64,000 bases of DNA from positions 45,324,001 to 45,388,000 of the forward strand of contig NC_087251.1 in the NCBI RefSeq assembly GCF_037042905.1, written 5' to 3'. Both the position numbers and the translations under genes were made by a program. Numbering within the stretch: position 1 is the stretch's first letter; every line of letters begins with the position of its first letter. The notes under the pieces were generated by a model. It had not been told where the DNA came from. It did no database searches and saw only the letters and a list, made by a program, of their open reading frames with translations. Source of the stretch: Lytechinus pictus (taxonomy: Eukaryota). Of the stretch, positions 39,647-49,926 are shown piece after piece.

Positions 39647-39848
39647 TGAGTGAGATGAACCTACTGAGTGGTTCATCAAGCTTCGAAGGCGTTGTTCAGT
39701 ATCGCTATGATGGTGTGACTGGTTTAATCTGCGATCAGGACTGGGATCATCTTGACGCGGAGGTGGCATGTCGACAGCTTGGCTACCAGCAAGGACTGAG
39801 TCTAAAACCGGTATCACTTGGACCAATCTCTGGTTACATCTGGAATAG
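39647..39848 (+). CDS. SRCR receptor exon 2 (SRCR1 N-half)
   Basis: LLSGSSSFEGVVQYRYDGVTGLICDQDWDHLDAEVACRQLGY...GPISGYIWN matches the SRCR consensus. Acceptor AG 39645-39646, phase-2 donor GT 39849. Confidence 0.9.
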
Positions 39849-40904
39849 GTATTCATTTTCAGAATTTGTTCCCAATGCGCTATGTCTGGCCCCTCAAAAT
39901 ATTTGACTCATTGCGCTACTGGAAGTAGGGCCCTGGGAACGATTTTTTTGACTGGGGGTGCTGTAAATTTGACAAGCAAAAAAAAACACACAAAAAAAGG
40001 ATTTCACTAAAAAAGAAAATTATTATCGTCCCGAAAACGAAAAATTTCATGAGCAAAAGAAAAAAAAAGGGTTTCACTATAAAATATAGGTCATAAGTCA
40101 TTTTGCTTACATCTCTCTGTTTTTTTTAAACACCAACCAGAATTCCTTGGGGTGCTGCCTATGGGGAATAATACATGCAACACCCCCGGCACATGACTAG
40201 AAGGTCGAATGACCAAATCTGGACACGTTTATGATAATCAAAATACAATCGTAGATGAAAGCAACCAATTTGACAACAACCAAGTAAATTGGTAAACAAC
40301 ATGAAAATCATTGTCAGGTATATAGGCAAATACTACATGACAGAATGTCACTTTGAAATGGAGACCTGTTTAATGGCCAGCAATGAGCTAATCTGCCAAG
40401 AGAATTACGCTTTCTCAATTTGGGGTGAAGGTCCTAACTCAATGAGTCGCAAATAATATCTGCGATTGGTTGTAACTTTATGAACAAAGTCAGCCGTAGA
40501 CCGACAACTGGGCCCCGTATAGTAACACAAAGGTTAGCGATTAATCGTACACTGGATTTTCACGATTGATTGTACACTGTAGTCTATGGAATCAATCGCA
40601 GAAAAATGTTCTACGATCATTGCTAAGCTTTGTGTTACAGGCCCCTGCACTGTCTTATTGGTGTAGTCAGGAATTGTCAACAGGACATGCAACAAGAGCC
40701 AGAGGGGCAAGGAGAGGTACCCGAGCACTCGAGGAGAGGGAAGCAGGGTTTGGAAAGGGGTGCTCTCCTGTTCCGATATGCATGATATAAGTTTTCAAAC
40801 AGTCATAATTTACTTGTATTCCTTGTCTAATATTTTTGAAAATGTCCCATTTATCTTCTTTCACATAAATCATCTTATGTAATAATAACAATAATAATAA
40901 TAAT

Positions 40905-41158
40905 AGCTGGATTTATAAAGCGCTTTTTGCCTGAGGATTACAAAGCGCTGCTATTATTACCCCGGCTTTAGCTCGAGCTACCGTCACCGGCGCTCAGTGC
41001 ATGCAACGAATTGCTCCTGCCGGGTACCCATTCACCTCACCTGGGTCGAGTGCAGCATAGTGTGGATATTTTTTTTGCTGAAGGAAAACACGTCATGGCT
41101 AGGATTCGAACCCACGACCCTCTGTTTCAAAGGCGAGAGTCAGAACCACTAGACCACG
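40905..41158 (-). mobile_element. tRNA-derived SINE
   Basis: Near-full copy with B box, gggtacccattcacctcacctgggtcgagtgcagc core and (TAA)n tail. Matches 62900-63195. Confidence 0.88.
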
Positions 41159-41219
41159 TTATATTATAACCAACGTTCCCTTTGTAGGGGTTGTACTGTT
41201 TTTGTGACTCCACCTACAG

Positions 41220-41344
41220 AGATTTCGATTGTATAGGAACAGAAGATCGCCTTGAGAACTGTACCTTCACAGATGGGGACATACCGATCTTTCCGCCTTG
41301 TCCTTCAGATCACATCGCACAAGTCTCTTGTGGACCTCCCCGTG
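41220..41344 (+). CDS. SRCR receptor exon 3 (SRCR1 C-half); missing from the ORF track
   Basis: Acceptor cctacAG, then (R)DFDCIGTEDRLENCTFTDGDIPIFPPCPSDHIAQVSCGPPR+G and donor GTGAGT. Supplies the C-x-G-x-E-x-x-L-x-x-C ... C ... V-x-C half, in phase on both sides. Confidence 0.9.
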
Positions 41345-42564
41345 GTGAGTGTGTATACACTAAGAAATGAAGGTTCAAGTTTGTATCCTAAATGAAACTC
41401 CATCAAAGAATAAAAAAGTTATCAGAATTTTCATTATTTGCTTTGTGACGTCATATGCGAGCAGCTTTCCTACATATCTTATGGTAACTGAAAAATCAAT
41501 GAAATGTCATTTTCGCAGAAAACTGGAAATGTTTTTTACTGTTCCGTTAGTATATCAATACACAAACCATATTTCACACCCGCTCCTTAAAAAAATAAAT
41601 AAATAAGTCGTCACGAACCATTACAAATGAAATTTATGCATTTTATATTACATAACATATGGGGCAGCTGCTCGTTTATGACGTCACAAATTTAAAACAA
41701 AACCTTGAATTTCTAATAACTTTCTTTATCTTTAATTAACTCTCCTCAAACCTTCATCAATAATTTTTTTCTGCTATTTTTAGAACAAAGTTTTCGTCAG
41801 GGTGAATTACTTCCCCTTTAAGGATCTAAATGGCTAAAAGTGCAAAAAAAAATCACATTTTTTTATTATTATAGACCCCTATGCACCAAGAAATGCTCGT
41901 TTACATCCTAAAAGGTTACGTAAAGAATGATTCAAATCTGCACCTTCATTACCTGGTTGGTCTCTGTACCCTATTACCATGATTACGGTGTTTAATGTCG
42001 CTATTAAAGCTGCACAAATGAGCATAATTACACGCATTAGCACCCCTTGTGGTGCTGCTAACCCTATATAGGGGGTGCTACAATAGCAGCCTGCTATTGT
42101 AGCACCCCCTATAGGGTTCAAATTTGGACTCCTTTGGGATCGTAGAAAGAGATGTAACAATAACCGTTTTTTTTTTAAAACAACAACAACAACTCGATAG
42201 TTCTGCATGTAGTCCGTGATTAAGAAAACGAGCCATTGTGACACGGTGACACGTCATAGGTTTGATAGAGTTTACAAGTAAACTTGCTCAAGTTGCACTT
42301 CTAGAAGTCGCGCAAGACGAAGCAATTCTTTCAGAATAGATTATGCACAACATTTCTGGGTAGAATTTCGTCTAATTCGAATAGATCTCAGTGGTCCCAA
42401 GGCAATTGACTTATATACACAGGAAGGTTGGAAGCTCATTCTAGTGGCTGTAGATCATTCTCCCCACCAGACCCACAGTCCCGCATTCCTGGGCCGTCTC
42501 TCTTACTCCCTCATTTTCATCTTCTTTCTTGTATTGTGTCGATCATCATTCTCTTCAATCCGGA

Positions 42565-42860
42565 CTTTTTGCATTTACTACGGAGACACTCTGCACTCTC
42601 CAATTCCTTTGAAAATGCACTGTGGAGAACTGAGAGGCTCTTGTCGAAAGTAGGCGCGGACCGGGACAGCATCGGAATCTCTTGACTCTGGACAATGACA
42701 TTATTTGCAATTGTTCGTCCGGTGCAAATCTTTGGATGTTCTGCTGTCCCAGTCCATCAACTTTCGACAAAACCCCTCTCAGCTCTCCATTGTGATTTTA
42801 ATTGCGTTTTCAAAGGAATCGATGCGTTGTGGAGAGTGTCTCCGTAGTAAATGCAAAAAC
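42565..42860. mobile_element. Hairpin MITE ending just upstream of the SRCR exon 4 acceptor
   Basis: tttttgcatttactacggagacactct ... agagtgtctccgtagtaaatgcaaaaa. Confidence 0.8.
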
Positions 42861-42878
42861 TCTCTAATCTCTCCATAG

Positions 42879-43235
42879 ACTTCGACATCCGAATGGCGGG
42901 TAGTAACTTCACAGAGCAGGGTCGGTTAGAGGTTCACCTGGATGGTGAGTGGGGCTCTGTTGCCGACAGAGGATCGTTCGACGAGGAGACCCTTGGGGTC
43001 GTTTGCAGGGTACTGGGATACCGGGACGGGTCGTCGTTCCGTACCAATTCCGCGGGATTCGGGAGAGGAGACGGACCAATTCTAATCGACGACCTGCAAT
43101 GTGATATGTATACACGGGGCTTCATTTTCTCTTCTTTAACAACTAATATATCTCAGTGCAATGTGATGTTTACAAATGATAATACAACTACGCAGATTCA
43201 TCAAAACGACATTGGTGTCGTTTGCTATCCATATG
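42879..43235 (+). CDS. SRCR receptor exon 4 (SRCR2, complete, 4-Cys variant)
   Basis: DIRMAGSNFTEQGRLEVHLDGEWGSVADR...VVCRVLGY...FGRGDGPILIDDLQC...ISQC...HQNDIGVVC. Phase 1-1 exon with donor GTGAGT at 43236. Confidence 0.92.
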
Positions 43236-43730
43236 GTGAGTTTTGTGATGAATCAGTGGATTTTACAATTTGCTCCCTCTCTCTCTCTCTTCGATAGAAA
43301 TCTTAATTGGTGAAGCGCATTTTTCAAAGTGGCAATCTTGAATTACTTGCAAGTTGATATGATGCAGATAACATTTTCTAGAAAACTAAGCTCAAATGGG
43401 TTCCTCTTCATTAAAATGACTAGCAAAAGTGTGCGAATCGCGACACAGCAAAGTTTGATAAATCACCATTATCATAAATAATTATATGATTTATAATTCC
43501 ATACTTTACTTTATCTCTATTAGTTGCATACCTTTTGAAAACAAATCATTGATTTAATCTGCATTAAATATTTTTTGATCTCTCATTGAGGTTGATGAGG
43601 AAATTATGATAAATAAGATTAATAGATAAGATGAACATTTAGTTTACTATAGACCTATATGCATAATATTTTCTTCTACGGAATATAGACGAGTCTTAAT
43701 TTTTATCATAAAATTACGTATTTTGAACAG

Positions 43731-43864
43731 AATCAGTTGCAAATCACCCTGTAAGATTGATCGATGAAGACGGTGAAATCAACCCCGATTATGGACGAGT
43801 TGAGATCTACCACGATGGGGAATGGCGCTCCGTATGCTCGGAAGATTACCATAGGTTTTACTAT
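43731..43864 (+). CDS. SRCR receptor exon 5 (SRCR3 N-part); missing from the ORF track
   Basis: Acceptor ttttgaacAG, then ESVANHPVRLIDEDGEINPDYGRVEIYHDGEWRSVCSEDYHRFYY and phase-0 donor GTGAGT. Confidence 0.9.
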
Positions 43865-44319
43865 GTGAGTTATTAAGATAGTTCCTTGACGGCACGGCTT
43901 GACCTTGATCTTGATGATCCATATTCTGGTATAAAGTTTTGGTTTAACAATGGAAAGCCAATTCTGTCCCGGAATAAGATTAGATGATGTTATTCATCCT
44001 TGAATTAAGCAGAAACAGAGAACATAATAATGTAAGAAAAATGCAATGTGAACAAAATGTTGACACTAATTTAGTTAGTAAGCGCTAAACAAATTCTTGA
44101 GATACAGATTCCCGTCTTGGTCACTGGCGGACCCGGGGGGGGGGGGGCACAGCCGGCCCGTGCCGCCCCCCCCCCCTTTGAGAAGCAAAAGTAAAATTTG
44201 TAATGTAAAACTGTCATTAAAACAGAACTGTGCCCTCCTTTTGAAAGTGAAGACCTTTTTTTTTTGCTTGTCAAATTTTTCCTCGGAAAGATGTGCCCCC
44301 CTTTTGGAAAATCATGGAT

Positions 44320-45500
44320 CCGCCCCTGGTCTTGGTCATCTTGGGCGTCAACTTGATCATCATGAGGAGAACCATCTCGATTTCGGGCATGGACTTTTTG
44401 TTTACTGTTTCCTCTGGCTCGGTACAGTATAGAGCACATTATCTTGCTTCAAACATGGACCTACAATGCTTCAAAATGATGCACATGCCTTCTTGATAGG
44501 TTTCTCCATGCCTTTCGATTTTGTCCATGAGCTTAAATGTGCCATAGCCTATTTTGTACAATGATAATGCATTTGTTTTCATCGCGTCCTGTCTTTGTAT
44601 TGAGCGTAGGTGCGACTCTCTTTCGCTCGCTAGAGGAAAGTTGTCTAGCTAGGACGATCTTCGGAAGGCGGCTTTTCTCCATCCCGTCGACATGCCAAGC
44701 CCAACGCAGCTTCAGTTGGACGAGGATCATGTGGCTTCGATACTCACACGGTCTTGTCAGCCAATCCTGAATATGCTACGGGGACATCGCCAATGGAAGC
44801 GTTCTACATGTATATAGGAGGGGTTTGTGGCGGCAATAGAAAGTCCAAGACTTGGTTTACAGTCCTCAGAGTTCATGGGCTAGGAGTGCACATCTACACT
44901 TGGTCGTTTTATAGCATCGTTGTCCTGATTTAAGATCCTCAAACTCCAATATTATTGATTTCGACTACGTAGTAAGATGCCCATTGACCGTGACAAGCCA
45001 ACTGGGTGTCCTGAAGATAAGCATTTTATAGGCTTTTCTAGTCCCTCAGGCTCCCGATTGAAGCAAGCATAGCCCCCCCCCCCCTAGATAAGGCTGCTTA
45101 ATCGCATATAGGATGTACCGGGTGATATTGTCATTTCTGCGTCAACAACGACCAATATCGATGCCGCTTGCATCAGGCAAGATTGGAACTGCAGATCCCA
45201 GCATCGTCTTGTCAGGCTACTCTCTTTCTCATCGCTACAAGACTTCTTGGTGGCAAAAGGTTTGATCTCCCTGTCTTTGTACTGAAGTTTTAAGCTTGGG
45301 TACAGTACTTGCCCTGCTATACCGGTCCCTCCTTGAAGAGTACAGCGAAATCTCGAGACCGTAGCCACTCCTAAGAAGGTGACCCCAAATGCAGTGGGAA
45401 TTCTTACCCTGGACAAGGGACCGTTACCGGTTACTGACAGCCGGAGCCAGCTGAGCCCGGGACTCGTGTCAGGCAGGGTCGTCACGCCCTGAAGTAGTAG
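44320..45500 (-). mobile_element. Internally deleted RTE-clade LINE in SRCR intron 5
   Basis: The reverse strand gives LERFHWRC..SIFRIG*QDRV and QLKLRWAWHVDGMEKSRLPKIVLARQLSSSERKR, the RTE ORF C-terminal motif. A GC-rich, 5'UTR-like part lies at 45100-45500. Confidence 0.75.
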
Positions 45501-45994
45501 ACAATTCCACTACCCACTACCTATATTACACCATTCCCAAGGGCTGATGATATCATTTCCAAAATGCTTTTTCACTGGCTTTGTCTATGTGTTGGATACT
45601 GCTATTTTAGGATGAATGATACTACCACAGAAAGAGAAAATAACCCCTCCTATAACTGGTATAACGCAACCTTGGATGCAAAAACATACAGAGGTGTGAC
45701 AATTAGACAAAATGTCTCTTTGTTCTTCCTAAATGATCTCGAGAAATCTCACTTTAAATTTCACTTTTAAATAAGTCCATCGTTTTGAGATAATCATTCA
45801 GGCTTTGTGAAGAAAAATATTGTCGTTCTGATATGTGTCATCTTCTTCTTTCCTTCAAAGGGTCCTCGTGCCGTGGCGGAATAGCAAAGAAATGAATAAT
45901 ATACATATACATCTTTATCGCTTACATGCATTGATTTTGTTAATAACATCTTTCATAAATGCTATATTTACACAGTCATAATCCCTTTTTTTAG

Positions 45995-46229
45995 CAAATA
46001 TGTTTGGAACTGGACCCGGGATGGGATTTCATCGGGGACACATTGGATCTGACGTCTTACAACTTATCGACATCCGCTAAACAGGCTTGGTTCGATCTTC
46101 ACGCATGTCTTGGAGTTGAACGACTTTATAAATGTGACCACGGTGGATGGGGTCAAATCGGACAATGTCCTGTTCAAAACATTGCCGGACTGAGTTGTAT
46201 TCGGATACTAACCACTAGAGAACCACCAA
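45995..46229 (+). CDS. SRCR receptor exon 6 (SRCR3 C-part)
   Basis: Acceptor tttttttAG, then QICLELDPGWDF...AWFDLHACLGVERLYKCDHGGWGQIGQCPVQNIAGLSC...REPP+A and donor GTAAGT. Phase 0-1. Confidence 0.88.
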
Positions 46230-46397
46230 GTAAGTTGAGAATGTTCCTTTCTTCTGGAACATTATGATGATGTTGTTGTTGATCAGTGGCGGGCCGTGAC
46301 CCGGAGGAGACATGATTGGAGGGGGCACTGTATTGTTTGTGAACAATGCTGTGCCCCTCCAATGCTTTGTCTTCTCCGGGTCACGGTCCGCCACTGT

Positions 46398-46546
46398 TGT
46401 TGATGATGAGGATGATGATAATGATGGTGATGATGGTGGTGGTGGTGATGATAATGATGATGATGATGATAGTGATGATGATGATGACGATGATGATGGT
46501 GGTGGTGATGATGATGATGGTGATCATGATCATGATGATGGTGATA
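46398..46546. repeat. (GAT/GGT)n microsatellite in SRCR intron 6; a second (GAT)n tract at about 47333-47412
   Basis: Directly visible. It is the source of the spurious poly-His, poly-Asp and poly-Met ORFs. Confidence 0.95.
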
Positions 46547-46639
46547 ACAAATTTGACGTTGACATATTTTTTCAAAGACATGACGGTCAGAAGGGAAAAA
46601 TATAAATACATTTATTTCTTTCCGCATGAAATCTTACAG

Positions 46640-46986
46640 CTTACCAACCCTCTCCTGGACCTGAGGCATGGCTATTCGTAGTCGTTGGCTTCGCAATTAT
46701 CACGATCCTTTTCTTCGTAGTCCTTTGCATCTGGCGCTTATATAAAGGAATCCAAGCCCAGACGAATTCCACTTCTGTTAGGTCACAACCTACAGTCAAC
46801 ATGGTCGAAGTCAGGGCAGTATATCCTTCAGCGTCGAACCCTGATTCCACTGTTACTGATTCAGCCCTTAGCTATAACAACGACCTGCCGCCATCTTATG
46901 AATCGGTTGTTTCTGGATCGCACGCGCAGGTTAAGAGCAATGACACAGAAACAGGGGATCTAGGTGGTGACGTTGGTCAGGATTGA
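46640..46986 (+). CDS. SRCR receptor exon 7 (TM helix + cytoplasmic tail with PPSY); full spliced product 497 aa
   Basis: Acceptor cttacAG, then TYQPSPGPEAWLFVVVGFAIITILFFVVLCIWRLYK...DLPPSYESVVSG...GQD*. The seven exon lengths sum to 1494 nt with an open frame. Confidence 0.88.
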
Positions 46987-47920
46987 TGTTGGTAATAGTG
47001 GATGAGACTGGAACTGAAGTACCCTTTCCAGATACTCTTCCAGAGAAAGGGACACTCTCTGACTTGGAATCAGTCTTTCATACTTGGAATCACCAATCAG
47101 GTAGTAATGATGATATTGGTAGGGCTGGAACCGGAGTAGCCCTACCTGATGAAGCCTATAGTCTTTCTTTTATGACGGTAATTTCGGTAGGACTGGAACT
47201 TCAGTATCCCCATCAGAGACCCTTCCGGCCTTTGGACTTGGAATCAGTCTTTCGGACGAGGAGTCACCAATGGAACCGAAGAAGCCCTTCGTGAGGAACT
47301 CTAGTCCTTCCGACTTGAAATCAGCTGTTAATTATGATGATGATGATGATGATTATGGTGATGATGATTATGATCATAATGATGATGATGGTGATGATGA
47401 TGAGTTGATGATGCTAATAGTGCTGTGGGCTGGAACTGACGTACTCCTTCAAAAGGAACCCTATCATATTTCTGTCTATAAATCCAAACGACCCTCCATT
47501 TTAAAGATTTGTCCAATGTAATTTGTATTCGAAAACTATGCAAGAACGAATTATGGAAATCATTTGTCTATTTCATACGAATCTTGAATCCTTTTGGAAA
47601 GAAGAGTCATTTAAAGATATAATTGTTGAATTACGATATGATTGTTGAAAAGTAAACACCGACTAAATTTACTCACTATAAAAGGTAATTCCTCTTTTCT
47701 ATTGCCCAACAAAATGCAATGAATGTTTATATTGCATTTATCTCGGTATTAAACTCATTAATGAAATATCGATCCCATTAAACGTGTGTCGTGTTCTTTT
47801 TAAATGTATGTTTACTTTTTGTTGGAATTTCAAGTCTATTAATTTACTATTTTCATATATCTAATATGCTGCACCCCTAGGTACTTTCAAAAGTAGGATT
47901 GTAATTACTCTCAAATGTAT

Positions 47921-49349
47921 GGCTTGTTACGATCGTCTGCGTTCGCGGAGCGGGGATGGAGCGGGGGTGGCCGCACCCTTTCGAGAAAACCGGGGGAGCT
48001 TTTCTCGAAAGGGTGGGTTGAGGGAGGGGAGTCAAAATAACGCACCTTTTCGAGACAACCGGGGGAGCTTTTCACGAGAGTCAGTGCTGAGTAGTCTCTT
48101 GTACCTGCAGTTGTTTATTTGTGTGTAAATTTGTGCGAGGGTATTGAGGCCGCATATGAGATGAGGTTGTGTGTGCATGGGTGTGTGTGTGTGGGTGCAT
48201 GTGTGTCATCTTTGGAACACTTCGACGGACATTTGCATTAAAAAAGGAAGGAAAAAATACAAATTTTGTGCATTTTCATTTAGGCTTATTTATTTTCAAT
48301 AGTCTCGGCGGTGCACGCGTCCACCGGATTCTACCGTACATGGTAACAAGTTACTACTAGCTAGCAGCTTGCGAAGGAAAGCCAGTTTCAAAGTAATTGC
48401 TTCCCTGTGGTGTCCAGATGAGAGGGGGGGGGGAATTCGGGGGCTTGCCCCCTTCCCCTCCCAAACAAAAAAATAACCACGTCCAAGAAAAAAAAAGAAA
48501 GGAAAAGAGAGAAGGGTGAAATATATTTTTTCTGAATATTATGCCATACATAATTGATTTTTTTTTTAAAGATAAAATTGTCAAAATTTTTGCTCGCTCA
48601 CAACTTCTTTTTCAATTTTGCCCGATACGCCATTTCTAGCCCCCTCAAATTCTTTGGCTCATTACGCCACTGATATGTTTCATTATTTCTAGGTAAATGC
48701 TAATTTATTCAGAATAGAATATGCTATTTCTCCTAATTCCATTGTTTTATGATTTTGTGGAATTCTTATGGGCCCAGAATTACTTCATTAATATGCAATT
48801 TTATTCAAAATCACAAAAAAACTGCAAGCTCTCTTCTTTTTCTCCTAATTATCAGTGGCGTAATGAGTCCAAAATTTTGAGGTGCCAGATATGTCGTATT
48901 GGGCAAAATGTACTAACAGTTGTGAGCGAGCAAGAAAAAAAATCTTTTTTTTTATTTTAAAAAAAAAATCAAATTTTGTACCAGATTTTGACATAAAAAT
49001 ATTCAGAAAATGATATCATATTTCACCTTTCTCTCTTTTCTTTTTTCTTTTTCTTTTCTTTTCTTTCCTTTCCTTTTTTTGCCATTTTGGTTTGGGGGTG
49101 TGCACTTCTACTTACATAGTCTATTAATATTATATTGTTGTTATTATTTGATGAATAATTTTCATAGAAACAACTGGTTCAGAAAACTATTGAACACAGT
49201 CTTTCGTGAAAAGCTCCCCCGGTTTTCCCGAAAAGGTGCGTTTCTTTGACTCCCCTTCCTCAACCCACCCTTTCGAGAAAAGCTCCCCCAGTTTTCTTCA
49301 AAGGTGCGGCCATCCCCGCTCCGCGAACGCAGACGATCATAACAAGCCC
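47921..49349. mobile_element. ~1.4-kb element bounded by ~150-bp GC-rich inverted repeats
   Basis: ggcttgttacgatcgtctgcgttcgcggagcggggatgg... (47921-48080) is the reverse complement of ...ccatccccgctccgcgaacgcagacgatcataacaagcc (49200-49349). Confidence 0.8.
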
Positions 49350-49500
49350 AAATGTATGTTGTTTTTTTCAGAATGTCGATTCATATATGCAATGTATATG
49401 TTGTGGTTGTACCATGTATTCATTACACTCTAAAAACTGAAATGCTAAAATAAATATTTTGAAAGGCTGGAGTGACAACCTTCTCTAAATGTTGCATTTA

Positions 49501-49926
49501 CAGACCTGCCAACCGTCTACAACCAAAAAAAGTATTCTTAGAAGGAGAAAAAAGTATTTTTTGACAAAAAGACAATTTTTAAACATTTGGCTCAACATAA
49601 CAATCGGCTTTAATCGCCAGCCTGTTGTAGTGAGATCGGTGAAAAAACATGTGAAATGACCCTACTTAAAACTTGATAATTCACCCTTTTAAACATGTGC
49701 TCGTAGGCGAGAATTTACTTGTTCTTTTCATGCAACAAGTTACTAGCCTGATAGGGATTTTTACCGGTCTGGAACTGTCAGACCGCCGCGGCACGAGATG
49801 TGTATAATACATACTCCATGATTGGAAATAATAAAAAAAAGTAACAAATCATACAAAAAAAGTATTGGTGTATTCATAGCAAAAAGAGAAACAAATACTC
49901 TAAAAAGCAATTGGTTGCCGTGTCTG
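49501..49926. mobile_element. MITE with CAGACCTGCCAACC-type TIRs
   Basis: cattta|CAGACCTGCCAACC ... GGTTGCCGTGTCTG|cattta, a 6-bp direct flank. Confidence 0.65.

Noticed and set aside
43064..43072. RGD integrin-binding motif in SRCR2
   Set aside because: It falls within the ordinary FG-x-G-x-GPI SRCR consensus and is likely coincidental.
45611..45694. Extra SRCR exon (MNDTTTERENNPSYNW...)
   Set aside because: It gives an immediate stop in phase 0 after the strong 43864 donor. Direct splicing 43864/45995 restores near-normal Cys spacing.
46283..46681. Poly-His, poly-Asp and poly-Met ORFs
   Set aside because: (GAT)n microsatellite inside SRCR intron 6. The flanking exons splice in frame without it.
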